Source: Cercozoa sp. M6MM
Taxonomy: Eukaryota > Protista > Endomyxa: Ascetosporea
Reading direction: 5' to 3' (one strand)
Length of the DNA stretch: 64,000 bases
NCBI GenBank assembly: GCA_040357565.1
Contig: JBDODJ010000050.1
This document shows, in pieces, positions 51,784-64,000 of this stretch; the stretch's first letter is position 1; every line of letters starts with the position of its first letter. The notes beneath the pieces are model-generated. The model saw only the letters and a program-made list of their open reading frames with translations, was not told where the DNA came from and did no database searches. A program made the position numbers and the translations under genes.

Positions 51784-54700
51784 ATGGCGCTGGACGCACC
51801 CGAGGGCCTGGAGAGGTTCTTCACGGTACCGCTCGTGCGAGATTGAATTACCATATTGTTTTGTGCATTTTACCTGTGTACTAAGGTCAATCCGGAGGAT
51901 GACGAGGAGATTGACTCGGATGCCTTTGACTCTGGCAGCGATGACCACGAGGACGTGGGTACGTTGTTTTAAGCTGCGTGTGTTCAAAGTTCTTACTCTT
52001 TTTTGGCAGATGATGAGAAGCATGGCCAGTTGTTGTCGGATCTGATGCGCGACAGTGGTCCTTCCGAGCTTGACCTGCGAAAGCAAGTAAACACGATTTG
52101 TTTTGTACTCAGCAGTCTTTGAGTTCTGTAGGCCCAGCGAATGGAACGCACCGAAGTACGCGCGGAAGGTAAATTGTGACTGTGAAGTGTTTCTGTTTCT
52201 TCCTAAGAGTGCGACATGTAGGTGAGTCAGCACTCGCGGGTGCTTCGCTGTCACTGTCGTCGCTTCTGGCGCCGCTTGGACAGGATGCCAAGATGACCAA
52301 GGTATCTCGTTTTTTCTTTTGCGCGATCATTCTTGAGTTATTTTGACTTTTTGCAGAAAATCCAAGAGTTCACTCGCGGAAAGCAGGCGACTGTGGCTCC
52401 TTTGCGTATTCTTACGCGTATTAACTTAATAAAAGTGAGTCTGACAGTTTTTATTATAGCCAAGACGCAGCAGCAGCGAATTACGCGGCAGGGTGAGTCT
52501 CTCAAAAGACTACTTTTACCCTCTCAGTTTTGACTCTTTAATCCGGGTAGAGGCCTATGACGGCACGAGCAAGGAAGTGTCCAAGTGGCAGGACATTGTC
52601 CAAGTGAACCGACAGAAACGCACGCTTAAATTGGATGAAGGTAGTCTGTGCTTCTCTATGTTTAACGACACTTCATTTCAGTTGTTTCGCAGGTGCCGGA
52701 AAGAAGCAGACCGTGTCGCTCGCCTCGCTCAGCAGCCACTACAGACCCGACGATGCCTCCACTTTGGTACGTACTGCCTTTGCAACTAATCCAAACTGAG
52801 TTCTAAACCAAGGGACAAAAACTGCAGGAAAGCGACATGGACGCGCTGCTGCAACAACTCAGCGCACGCGATGAATCGGAAACTCGCAAAGGCGAGCAGC
52901 TGTAGCGAACTCTATGCGTCTGTTGTGTATTCAACACAGTGTGTCTGCTGACTGTAGCGCACTCCGCGAGATGTCTAAGGAAGAACAGAAACGACGCATG
53001 GCTCAGCTCGCTTCGATGCGTGCTGGTATGTTTGGACATAATATACTGATTCAACAAAGTGCCAGTTCGACCGACCGTTGTGTTTTAGGTCTGTTCCACG
53101 CCGAGATCAAGGCGAAGCGTATCAAGAAGATCAAGTCCCGCAAGTTCCGCAAGCTGCGCAAACAGCGCCTGGCCAAGGTACAAATCCCCTCTGCTCTCCC
53201 GTTGGGCAGGCTTATTTAAGTGTACGGCAGCTGAACCCGGATATGTCGGTCGAGGAACTGCGCGAACTCGATCCGGAAGCTGCACAGGACAAGTGAGTTG
53301 TTTTTTTGTTTTCGGTTTTTTGGACTTGTGTGATCGATCGATATGCAGGGAGGAGGAAATGAAGCGTGCCCGAGCGCATGCTCGCATGACTCTACGACAC
53401 CAGGGCACGACACAGTGGTCGCAGCGTCTGAAGCAGCGTGCTGAGGTGCTTTTGATTCAGCTGCTGTTTTCTGTATTTTTCGCACAACTGATTACTTTTA
53501 CGGTTGCGTGCAGAACGTGTCAGACGAGCAGAAGGAAGCTCAGCGCGAACAGGTGAGTTTTATCTCGTGTTTAACTGTTGGAGTTTGCATTTTTTGTTGT
53601 GTTTTAGTCCCGACTGCACAAGCTGCTGATGCGCAAGGTGCAAGACGGTACAATTGCCCTCTGTTCGTCGCTTCTTTTGATTGATAGTGTTCTTTTGTAC
53701 CTCAGACTCGGATGAGTCGGATTCAGACGTTGATGAAGGTTTTTCGAGAACTTTCATTGAGTTCTATCCGCCCTTGAATTCTGTTGAAATGCAGAGGAAC
53801 TCGCTGAACTGCAAAAGCAGCTACAAGAAGGCGAAGGTATCCTTGATAAAGCTTATCTCACATGTGTAGGATTGTTTACTGTTCAGAGGACAAAGTCAAA
53901 AAGGGCGGCATTTATGCACTCAAATTCATGCGCGACTACCGTGCCAAGCAGCGCGAACAACAACAGCAGGTTCTTTCTTTATGTTGCTTTTTCGTGTTTG
54001 AACTCTGTTCGAATGGGCGAAAATCGCAGCTCATGGCGGATTTCGCCGCCGATGCTCAGCGCGAACTTTCAAAACTCGGCGACGGCAATGCGGAAGCCAA
54101 GTCAAATGAGGTTCAAGTGAGCACTCAAGGTACTAAAATGGTTTATTGACTAAAATATCAAAGGTTGAATGAAGCGTTTCTTGTAGCCACTGCAGCTGAA
54201 GAGGAGAAACGTGGCCGACGCGTGTTTGGCAAGTCTGGCCAGGTACACGCTGCGATAATGGGTTTGTTTGCATTACGGCATGCTCAAACAAACGTTAGGC
54301 GCCGGCGTTCCTGGATTCCGAACCGAAGCAGGCGAAGCAAGCGAAAAAGCCAAAGCAGAAAGAAGCGAAAAAAGGCGTTGTTGTCGATGCGCCAAAGAGT
54401 ACGGCAGATTTGGAACGGTTGGTTTCTCGCCTCGTTTTCTGGTTAACAGGAGCTGTTTGTCGAAATGTGCGTTTTGGCAGTGCAAAGAACGTGCGACAAG
54501 CGGAAGTGCCGCAGATGCTCGATGTTGCTGCCGTGATTGACACCTCTGGTGGCAGCACTGACAGCAGCGGACTTAAGAAGTCCAAACCGAATCAAACCGA
54601 CGGTTCTTTGGACGAGAACAGCGATGCCAACTCGCGTGCACTTGTACGACAGGTGTTTGGCACGTCCGAGGAAGAGGTAGCTTTCTTTTTCCATTACCTT

Positions 54701-55720
54701 AAACTATTTGCTAAAGGATCTGTTTGATGAATGAAAGGAGGAGTTCCGACGCTCCAAGGAGGCTCTCGTCGAGGAGGAACTGCCGCAGCACGATTCGTCG
54801 CTGTATCTGCCGGGCTGGGGCCGCTGGGCTGGTTCTTTCTTCCTTAACCTCCCTATTATTTCCATTTTCCTTTACCCGTTACCCCCTTTACCTCATTCTC
54901 CTGCAGGTGAAGGCGTGCGCAAGCCAAAGAACAAGCCGCGTTTCGTCGTGGAAGCCGAAGAAGCGACCGAACAGCGGCGAAAGCAGGCGCTTGCGAAGCG
55001 TGCTGATGCCAAGTACTTTTAGTCTTCCCTTGTTTCTTTACTTTATTCCTTTCTCTAACTCTTACCTTTCTTTACCTTTCTTTATTCCTTTACCTTCTAT
55101 TCTCCCTGCCTCAATAGACTGAAGCACGTCATCGTAAGTGAGAAGGCTCGCAAGCACGAGGCCAAATACAAGGTTTCTCCTGCTCTGTACCATGGCTTAC
55201 CTTTTACCCCCGACCGAGTAGGTTATGTCAGTGCCGCACGGACACGGCTCGGTGCAGCAGTACGAAAGCTCGCTGCGACAGCCGATTGGTGCTGAGGTAT
55301 TTCATTCCTTTTCCCCCCCCCCCAATTTGCCCTCTCCCAGTGGAACACAAGGCGAGCTGTCGAGCGTCGTACGGCGCCCGAAGTCATTACGAAGGAAGGT
55401 GTCGCCATTGAGCCCATCCAGGTACCCTTTTACCCCTCTTTTTAACCATGCTTGATCCCCTACTTGACTCCCTCTTTGACCCTCCCCCCTATTTAACTCG
55501 GCGTGCTGCAGTGGGGTGAGGCCAAACAGGATGCGGCAGTGCAAAAGCACGAGCACGAGAAGAACGAGAAGAAGAAACGCGCGCGTGCCAAGCGGCAGCA
55601 GCAGGTTGCTTCCAACTCTGTGCGAAGTTTTGATTTACTTCCTTTTACCTCTTTCGACCTTTGCAGGGCGCCGACCCACCACGCAAGCGACGTCGCAACA
55701 AAAAGAACGCGTCTGCCTAG
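51784..55720 (+). CDS. UTP14: U3 snoRNP-associated protein Utp14, more than 20 exons
   Basis: EAYDGTSKEVSKWQDIVQVNR, EIKAKRIKKIKSRKFRK, ARMTLRH, LPGWGRWAGEG, QYESSLRQPIGAEWNT, VITKEGVAIEPI. Confidence 0.92.
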
Positions 55721-55931
55721 ACTCGTTTTTCTCATTTCTGACATTCTACCGTCTTCGATAACCCGAATCTGGGCTCGCTAGTCGGGGCTAGTCTGCTTCG
55801 CGTAGGACTGTTTTGATGCGGCCGAATCGGTAATGGAAAGGAGAGACTAAATAAGTCGCTTGGCTGTGCCGCAGACTTAATCGTCCGACGCGATGCAGCC
55901 ACGATCGGATCAGTGATACTAAAATGGCCCA

Positions 55932-58401
55932 CTACGCTATTCGAATTACATACTCAATCGTGTCGATTAATTTATCGACAACCGCCGCGCTGCGGTCCCC
56001 GCCCACGAGCATGCACATGGTGAAGGAATCTACTTTGGTACAACTAGTCGCCGCCGCTGCTGAAAACAGTGGCCAGACCAAGAATCGTGACCAGGATGCC
56101 AAAGACCGACAAGAAGAGCGGGACCTGCATGATCCCATCAGCACATGATCAGCGCAAGGAATTTCCAAGTTGTAAAGGATAATCACGCACCCAGTGTTTC
56201 CTCCAGCTGCTTCTTGTGAATCCATCGAGCTTTAGTTGCACAAGACCTGGCAACTGCAAACGCACACAAGTACATGCAGCCTGGGAAAGAAAGAAAGGAA
56301 GGTAGCCAACCGTGTATCCCAACGAGGCCGCTGCGACAGTTCCGGTCAACTCGAGAACGATGCCTGCACAAAAAAAAACACACCGACCACTCACCAACAG
56401 AGACACGTTGCAATTGGCCTACCCAAGTCAGAGTTGCCGACTGCGATAAGAGTCGAAGATCCCCACATCAGCAAAGTGATGCCAACAAAATGACGCGTCG
56501 GCATTCGCTCCGGCAGCATGCGGTTGAAGGCGCGAAAAGCCAGTTCGTACGTTGCGTGTCGTGCCACGTAGTGCTCCATGGCGTAGGTACTAACCATTGT
56601 TCCCTGAGAGAGTAGCACAATGTCTCTCTGCCAATTTATCTCTATAAATTTAGAGGCAAGAACACATACCGCAAGCAATGCTCGAGCAACATTGATTGCC
56701 GTGTCGTTTTCAGAGAAGTTGTTCAGCACATCGCTTTTCGTGTGAGAGAAGAATGCCAGGTACCTGACAACAAACACACCTGTGCTACCAAACTTTACCT
56801 GAGAATGCAAGCAACAAGTGTACCCGCCCAAAGCCAGTATCGCTGAAGCAATCATCGCAATTAACAAAGACGAACGTGTCACCAGTTTCCATCGACGCGG
56901 GGTCGGATTGCGTAGCGCTGCGTAATTGTCACACGTTTTACAGTTTAGAACGAAAAACAACTCAGTAAACTCTCGAATAGATAAATGTACAGTTGCGCAC
57001 TATAAAGGCCGAATGATGACAAACGAAAGCGAAGGAAAACGCGCCTAATCCGCGCAGCGCCGTAGGCTTCGCAACCTGCGAAACACTCAATTCAGCAACA
57101 AAAAGGTATCCCAAAACTAATAAAATTACTTTACCGAAAATGGAGCATCTTCGTTTCGCCAGTGGATTCCTTGTTCCTCAGCGACCTGTGCACGTGAAAA
57201 CAGGTGTGTAAACTGCAAAACAACTGAAACAGGCTCAAAGAGTTGACCTGAGGAGCACGGGCAAGAACAGTCGCCAGAATGACGAAAACAGCGCCGACTG
57301 AAACCACCGAGGACCAACGGAGCGAAGCCATGTTACGTAACAAAGAACTAAAGCAGGAAAAAAGTAATTGCCTGCACAGTATTGGAGAGTGGAAGTTTAC
57401 AGAGGCAGGACGAGGAACGTTGAGATCAAGAAAACGATCCCTGCAAGCAGAGCAAATGTATCTTCCGCTGAAACACCGGAAGCACATAAACAGCAGATAT
57501 ACATGTGCGAGAAGTCAAGATAGAATCGCTGTTTTTGCCAAGTGCTGCCTTCATCACTTCCTGCAGTCCCTCACGTGTTTAAAGAAGTGCAACACAGTGA
57601 AAGCAGCACGGTGAAACAATGCTGTACCGGCACAGTATCGCCAATAATCACTAGGTAGGCGACCATGCCTCCTATTTGTTTAAAGTAATTTAAGTAGACG
57701 TATGATCCAATTGAAAGGAAGAAGAACATACCATAAGCGAACAAAAACATTGAAAGCGACACGAGGGCAGCGCCATACTTTGGAAACGCTTGTTGCGCGA
57801 GAGCTTCGTAACTCCGCAAGCCTCGATTCACGCCCATCCGCACGATCAATCGTACAGTCTGAACAACAAAAAAACCTCCGACACAATTTATCGAATTTAA
57901 ACAATCAAAACGTACATAGTCAGTGAGCGCAGTCACAACAAATAGCAACACAATCCCAAGGAAAAACCCGCACGTCTTGATTGCGTACGGCAAACCGATA
58001 ATTCCCGCGCCCTACACAACGTTCACGTGCAAACGCGTAAATGTGTATGCAGGGCTACGATGATGGAATTCATAAGGTTAAACGCCGCTCCTGCACTGCC
58101 GCTTGACGCTTCAGGAACCTAACGTCAAGAAAAAAAAGTATCCAGTTGCTCTCTCTATTCCATTCCCCTGGATAGAAAGCAACGCACGTCAATCTCAATG
58201 TTTTCATCTTCTTCGTCAAAGTCTGGTGGCTCAGCGATGTTTTCGGCGCTGTAGTGTTGGAGTTCAACTGTGCGAAAACCCAGTGACAGCAATTAAAAAA
58301 AAAAAAGCAAAAAACGAACCATCGGCAGGCGCTGACGTGGTCGCGATGACATCGCCTTCGTGGTCACTTTCATCGTCGAATACAGGAGAGCGAGTTTGCA
58401 T
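55932..58401 (-). CDS. AAAP/SLC38-family amino acid transporter (SLC38A11-like), multi-exon
   Basis: FNLMNSII|GAGIIGLPYA, SYEAL...YG|GMVAYLVIIGDT, AFSFAFVCHHSAFI, DVLNNF, YAMEHYVAR. Confidence 0.9.
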
Positions 58402-58748
58402 ACAGCCACCCTAAAACTGGATAAAAACGCACAGCACGGAAGGTCAGAGTGACTCAATTTTTTGGTATCAGCGATCAGGGAGCTTGATCCTGACAGACTT
58501 GTCTTGGAATAATTACCTTAGAAATGCGTCCTAGACTTGCAGTACTCTTCCGAAGTTACAGTGAGCTGCTTAACGGGTTTGCACACTGCATGATGCACAT
58601 CAAAGTTTGCACCTACCGGCTCAACATGAGTCAATATGAGCCCATGCATCACAATTGTGCGGTTTAGAGCTTATTAATGTGTTTAATTGACCGCCCCTTG
58701 TACTTCCAGCTAAGCCGTTGACCCTATACAGGCGACTGCTGTTTTCTC

Positions 58749-59849
58749 TCAGTTCTTGTGCTGGTAGACGACGTCGCTGCGCAGAACGTATTTGGTGCCG
58801 CTTCGTACTGCATCACCTGCGCACACTCACAACAACTCTTCAAACTAGCACAGAAAGCAGGGTCGAGTTACCGGCGTGCGGTAAGCATCGGTGTCCATGT
58901 CCATGCAACAGAACACTAGACTCGGAATAGTTCAGCTTTGTATAATAATGAGAGGTTACTATTGAATGAAAGCTACCGGCCAGGCAGAGCTTCAACAGAA
59001 AGCACTTGCGTGCGCCAGTCTTCCTCACTGTAGAACACGGTGTCGCCTCTAAAACAAGACAGCAACTGAAGCACTCTCACAAGAAATACGACGGGTTACC
59101 CTTCCAATCCACGTGCGCTAAAATAGAGCAATAAAGTCACTTTGGACTCGCCATGCTGCGTGCTATCGCTCTCGTCGATGTGAGCACCAAAGCGCTCACT
59201 TGCTTCGTACCTGTAGATGCGAATGTTTTCGTTGCAGCCTTGGAGCTCCCTAAAAAGGAAACATAACCAGCATTTTTTTTCAAACTAACTGAACATGCTG
59301 TAAAACGTAATTGCAAGATACATGTCATCCAGAGTCGCTGGCACATGTGCTTTAACCAGTTCAAACAGTTGTGCCGCCACACGGTGCGATTCGAATTGCT
59401 ATTCGTCAGATTTTTTTTTTTTTGACAACAATTGCAAACTGGGAAAATACAAGAAAGAAATTTACAATACGACCGCACTTTCGGTAGGCCATGTCTCTGG
59501 TTTCTCGCTGGAATGCATTGGAGAATCCGGCTGTTTCGGCAACCAGTCGAAGCGCTTCGCACTGCATGCACGAGCGTATCAAACCCTTAGCCCCTTAAAA
59601 GGGTAAGTTTACTGTACCTGTCGAGGCAGTAAAACGCAATCGCCAACTGCTACATGATCGAGCGGTGATCGCCATTGACTTCTGCGCTCCAACGCCGAAG
59701 CTTTCACGTTCAGAGCGTTCAGCACCGCATCTTCCAAAGCCGTCGTTCTGAAAGCTCGCTGTATTGAGCTTGTTTTATCCAGCTCATAAGGTAAGAATGG
59801 CGCACCTGTTCCCCTGCTTGGCCGGTTTCTTTTCCTTCCGCCTACCCAT
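58749..59849 (-). CDS. Prolyl-4-hydroxylase-like 2OG-Fe(II) oxygenase, multi-exon
   Basis: NENIRIYRY..SERFGAHIDES (HxD), VTLLLYF...LEG|GDTVFY, CLPHA|G (distal His), KYVLRSDVVY. Confidence 0.88.
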
Positions 59850-60139
59850 CGACCTTAATTGTAAAACCCTACCCGATCACGTGACTGCTTTCTCTGCTAC
59901 GCGTCTGGCGTCAACGAACCTCCAGCGAGGATCTTCTTTAAAAATATGGAAGTACTGTGGAGACATTGTGCAGTATTGCCTGGGCGCACCAACGAGAACG
60001 GATTCAAAACTGCTTAGATGCACAGATTCCGGTGTCAGCTGCGCTTGATTTCGGTGCGCGATTCTTGACCTGGCATGAGTGTGTGAGTTTGTGCAATTTG
60101 GCACGTGGCCACTCTGGGAACGGTTAATGTTTTTGGGGT

Positions 60140-63100
60140 CGCAGTCGGTACGCGCTCCGGCGAATCTGGCGAAGGACGCCGTGGTGTCGCAGCAGCAGGG
60201 CTACCAAGTGTTGCCGTTCTTCCAGCATGCCGTAGGTCTGTCTTTCAGCTTGTCGTAATAGTTTTTACCCTTGACCCCTCCTCCCCAGTCGAATCGAATG
60301 TCGGAACTGCGCGACAAGGAAGTCGGACAACTCGAGAACTCGACCGATCGCGCTCTAAAGTTGTTCGCGCAGGAGATGCACTGGCTGTGTGGCTCGCAGG
60401 CACTGGCCTGGCTGCCTGTGGTGACCGCTGACCTGCTCGGATCCAGCTTCCGCGCGGACATCAGCGCGGATGACAGCACTGAGAGAGCGCACGTGCGGCG
60501 CGTGATCACAGAGTTGCGTGCCGATCTGCGCGAGTGCACTGTCGATGGCACGCGTCTCCTGCTGCCTGGTGAGAGATGCGTCTTTACCCCCCCCCCTTTA
60601 CTCCCCTTTTACTCCCCTTTTATCCCGTCTTTTATCCCGTCTTTTACCTCCTTTTTGACCCTCTCTTTTACCCCCTTATTTTACCCCCTCTTTTCCCCTT
60701 TTACCCACTCTTTAACCCTTCGTTGTACCGTATTCATCCTCTGAGTAGCCAGTGTGGCCGAACTCGTTGAGAAGAACACTGCGGATGCCTTGGGTCTGGG
60801 TAGGCCTTGTCCATCTAAGTTTTACCCTCTCCCCTCTTTCTCCCCCTTATCCGATTTTACCTTCCCTCCTTGCCCTCTACCCCCTTTTACCTCCTTCTTG
60901 CCCCCTCTTTACCCCTCCCCTCCATAGGCGTGCCATTGCGAGCGCTGGCACACTGGAGCGAGCGAACGTGCCGCAGTCTGAGTGAGCACGTGTCAGTGGA
61001 CACGTGGCAGGTCAGTGCCGTGTCACTCGTGTGCAACACTTTAGCACTGAGTGCACTCGCGCCGCTCACGGAGTTGACTGCCATCCATCTGGTGCTTTAC
61101 CCCCTCTTTGCCCCCTCTTTACCCCCCTCTTTACCCTTCTTTATCCTCTTTACTCCCTCCTTACCCCCTCCTTACCCCATCCCTGTTTACCCCTTTTAAC
61201 ACTAATTTCACCCCCGTGTAGCACGAGAAGTCAGCAGCGAATGCGACGATTTCGATGCATCCACGCGGAGGGGTCACTATCAGGGTGTGTTATTTTCTTT
61301 CTACTAGTTCGGGACACATGGACTGTGTGCAGACCATCGAGGCTATCAAGAAGGACAACGAGATATACACGGATCCTCTGGGTGGCTTTGCCCTCTGTTT
61401 ACTCCGTTTATTCCGCTCCCCGCTTACGTTACCCCCCCCCCCTGAGCAGGCCTAAATGACGGCGGGTTCGCACTGAACCGAGTGGCCAAAGTGGGTGACT
61501 TTTGCGACGCGCCGCTGCTGCAGGACCCGTGCTTTCTGGCAGTCCAGTTGGGTCACCTGCCGGCCGACCTGGACACGGCCGGTGTGGACGCGAAACTGAA
61601 CGACGCCGTGCTGCGTCGCTGGCCGCTGTTTTGGCCGCTGGCTTTTGTGCCGACTTCGGTGCCGTCTGTGGGTGAGTTTGCCCCTACTCCCCTTTACCCC
61701 CTGTTTATCCCCTATTTATCTCTTGTAGCGCTGCCAATGTCGCCGATCTTCCCGGGCAGCGAACTGCGAAAAATCGCGCTTCGACTGGTGGACACAGGGT
61801 AAGACCTTACTTCTCCCGGTTTAACCCCCCCCCCCCCCATTGACTCCCTGTTGACCTCTCAGTTTATTCCCCTCGTTACTTTCTTTACCCCTTCCCATGG
61901 CAGGGAGCAGGAGGAGCAAGCGATCGATACGGTCGACACGAATGTGAACGTTCCGAGCGACTTGAACTTTCCAAAACTGCAGGCGCTGCTGGAGAATTCG
62001 ACGGCCATGTTTGGGTTTTATCCCCCTGTTTACCTCCCGCTTTTTCCCCTTGTTTACCTCCCTCCCCCCCCCTCCGTTTACCTCCTTTTACCCCTCTTCA
62101 CGTCTCTATACCCCTCATTTTAACCTCCTGTTGTACGTCCGTTCACCCCCCTGTTTACCCCCACTTTGCCCCTGTCTATACTTCTCCGATATGACTGATG
62201 TAGCCACTTGGAGTCGGAGCAGACGCCGCCGTACGCGCGGAAGCTCGCGCAGACCGGACATGACCAGTCGCAACTGACGCGTCGACTGCTGAGGTAGGAC
62301 GGTTTTTTAAAGGGTGTTATGGGTTTATTATGTGGGTTGCAAGGGTTTAAGTAAAGGAAGAGGGCTTATTTAAGGGGGTGGAGGGTTGAATTAGGGGTGA
62401 CAGGGTTTCGTTAAGGGGGTGAGCTGTTGAAACAGTGAGTTGGCACACATCGAGCGTGCCGCCGATCGCGCCGTTTTGCTGTCGCCTGAGGTAGTTACCC
62501 CCCCCCCCCCTGTTTGCCCCCCCTTTTTGCCTCTCCCTTAAGCTCCTGTTTACCCCTTTACCCCCTTTACTCCCTGTTGTGTTACAGTCGCCGCTGGCGC
62601 ACCGTTTGCGCAATGTCGTCAAAAACGCCGTCGTGTGGCTGCGGAGAGGTGCGGGCTGTTTACCCCCCTGTTTACCCCCCTTGTGTTTACCCCCTCTTAC
62701 CCCTTACCCCCTGTTTACCCCCTGTTTACCCCCCTGTCTACCCACCGTTTACCCCCTGCTTACCCCCAGACGTGGCGGAGGAGGTGCTACTGGCGCCGTC
62801 GGATGCCGCCGTCTGCGCCGTCGACGACGCCGAACGGCCGGTGCGCAGCGGCGCCGTCGATCTGTTCTGCCGCACACTGACGCCTATCCGCGCGGACGAT
62901 GACTTCCGCGCGGACGGTGACTTCCGCGCGGACGCTGCTGCTGTCATCGATGACGCCACCACTGACACTGTGTTGGTGCGTTTCCTTCTTTAATTTGACT
63001 GTTTCTTATGTGTGTAGCCCTATATCCCCGTGCTTACCTTGTTTACCGCCTGTTTACCCTGTTTAGCACCTGTTAACCCCTTTTTATCCCCCTGTTTACC

Positions 63101-64000
63101 CCTTGTTTACCCCCTGTTTACTCCCCTGTTTACTCCCCTGTTTACCCCTTGTTTATCCCCCTGTCAGGGCCGAGTGTTCACGCGGGAGGTGCCGGCGGGT
63201 ACGCGCGTCAGAGTGGCCGTCGCCGCCGCCGCCGATCGTTGGCGCTCGGAGCTGCGCGAGTCGTCCGGCACTCTGCACAACCTGTACCGTCCGTTTAGTA
63301 CCCTGTCCATTTGCACGACGTCCAGAGAGACGGACTGTCTGTACGATTGTACAGGTGCGTCCAGATGCCGGCCATGTGGACACACGAGTTGAGTCGACTC
63401 GAGCAGTCGCTCGGACTCATGCCCTACGCTGTTCGGGAGCGGTGTCTTGTGTTTAACCCCCTGTTTACCCCCGGTTTACCCCCTGTTTATCTCCCTGTTT
63501 ATCCCCCTGTTTATCCCCCTGTATATCCCTGTTATCTCATTCACCCCTTACCCCTCCCTTGTAGTGGACAAGCAAAGCAGTTCGTGCGGAATTCGGGACT
63601 GTCTGAGCGTAGTTTACGCCCTTCCTTCACTTTGTTTACCTCCCTTTTACCCCTTTTACTACCCCTGTTGCCTGTTGGTAGAGGAAGGTTCGTTCGAGTG
63701 CCTGCGCTCGAGTTTTGAACGTTCGCTTTTGCCAGACGTTCGCGCTCGTTTCTCGCGCGTATTTTAGTTTTAGCCCCCCTACCCCCCTTTACCTTTTACC
63801 TCCTGTTTACCCTCTTACTCCCTTACCCCCTCTTACCTTACCCCCTCTTACCTCACCCCCTCTTACCCTACCCTTGGTTGGCAGGACGTGCACGCGAGCA
63901 ACAGTGTGTTGCACGAGGAAGAGGATGGCTCGGTCAGTGTGTGCACCATCAAAGACGTTGCTGCTGTAGCTATAGTCCCCTCCTTTACCCCCCCCCCCCC
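60140..64000 (+). CDS. Large uncharacterised multi-exon gene; start and end not resolved
   Basis: About 18 GC-rich exons separated by GT-AG introns made of TTTACCCC-type repeats; no recognisable domain. Confidence 0.65.
60570..64000. repeat. Dense intronic TTTACCCC/CCTGTTTACCCC degenerate repeat tracts
   Basis: Present in nearly every intron of the terminal gene. Confidence 0.93.

Noticed and set aside
62888-62932. 18-bp tandem repeat GACTTCCGCGCGGACG
   Set aside because: A simple in-frame exonic duplication (DFRADx) with no further structure.

Overview
This is gene-dense, intron-rich eukaryotic nuclear DNA, probably from a protist; the lineage cannot be named from sequence alone. It uses the standard genetic code and GT-AG introns of mostly about 30-150 nt, and has two 100-N assembly gaps. 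About 29 spliced genes were assembled by hand. Recognisable ones are a synapsin-like ATP-grasp protein (partial), an NCKX/SLC24 exchanger, Vps39, Ran, two RPL41 copies, MRPL3, GCDH, RPS9, POLD3, a CX5R phosphatase, an AzoR-type azoreductase, ZMYND10, a flavin amine oxidase, UTP14, an SLC38 transporter and a P4H-like 2OG oxygenase; the rest are orphans. Four features stand out. (1) A ~1.3 kb degenerate palindrome holds two convergent RPL41 genes, each carrying an identical U38/snR61-type C/D snoRNA in a predicted 3'-UTR intron plus conserved non-coding blocks. (2) Many introns are filled with gene-specific simple repeats, mostly TACC/TTTACCCC-type and mostly C-rich on the sense strand. (3) RPS9 intron 2 has a duplicated 3' splice site. 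(4) Most genes sit in head-to-head pairs. Gene spans include introns, and exon boundaries are manual inferences; family calls rest on recalled motifs, with no database search run.
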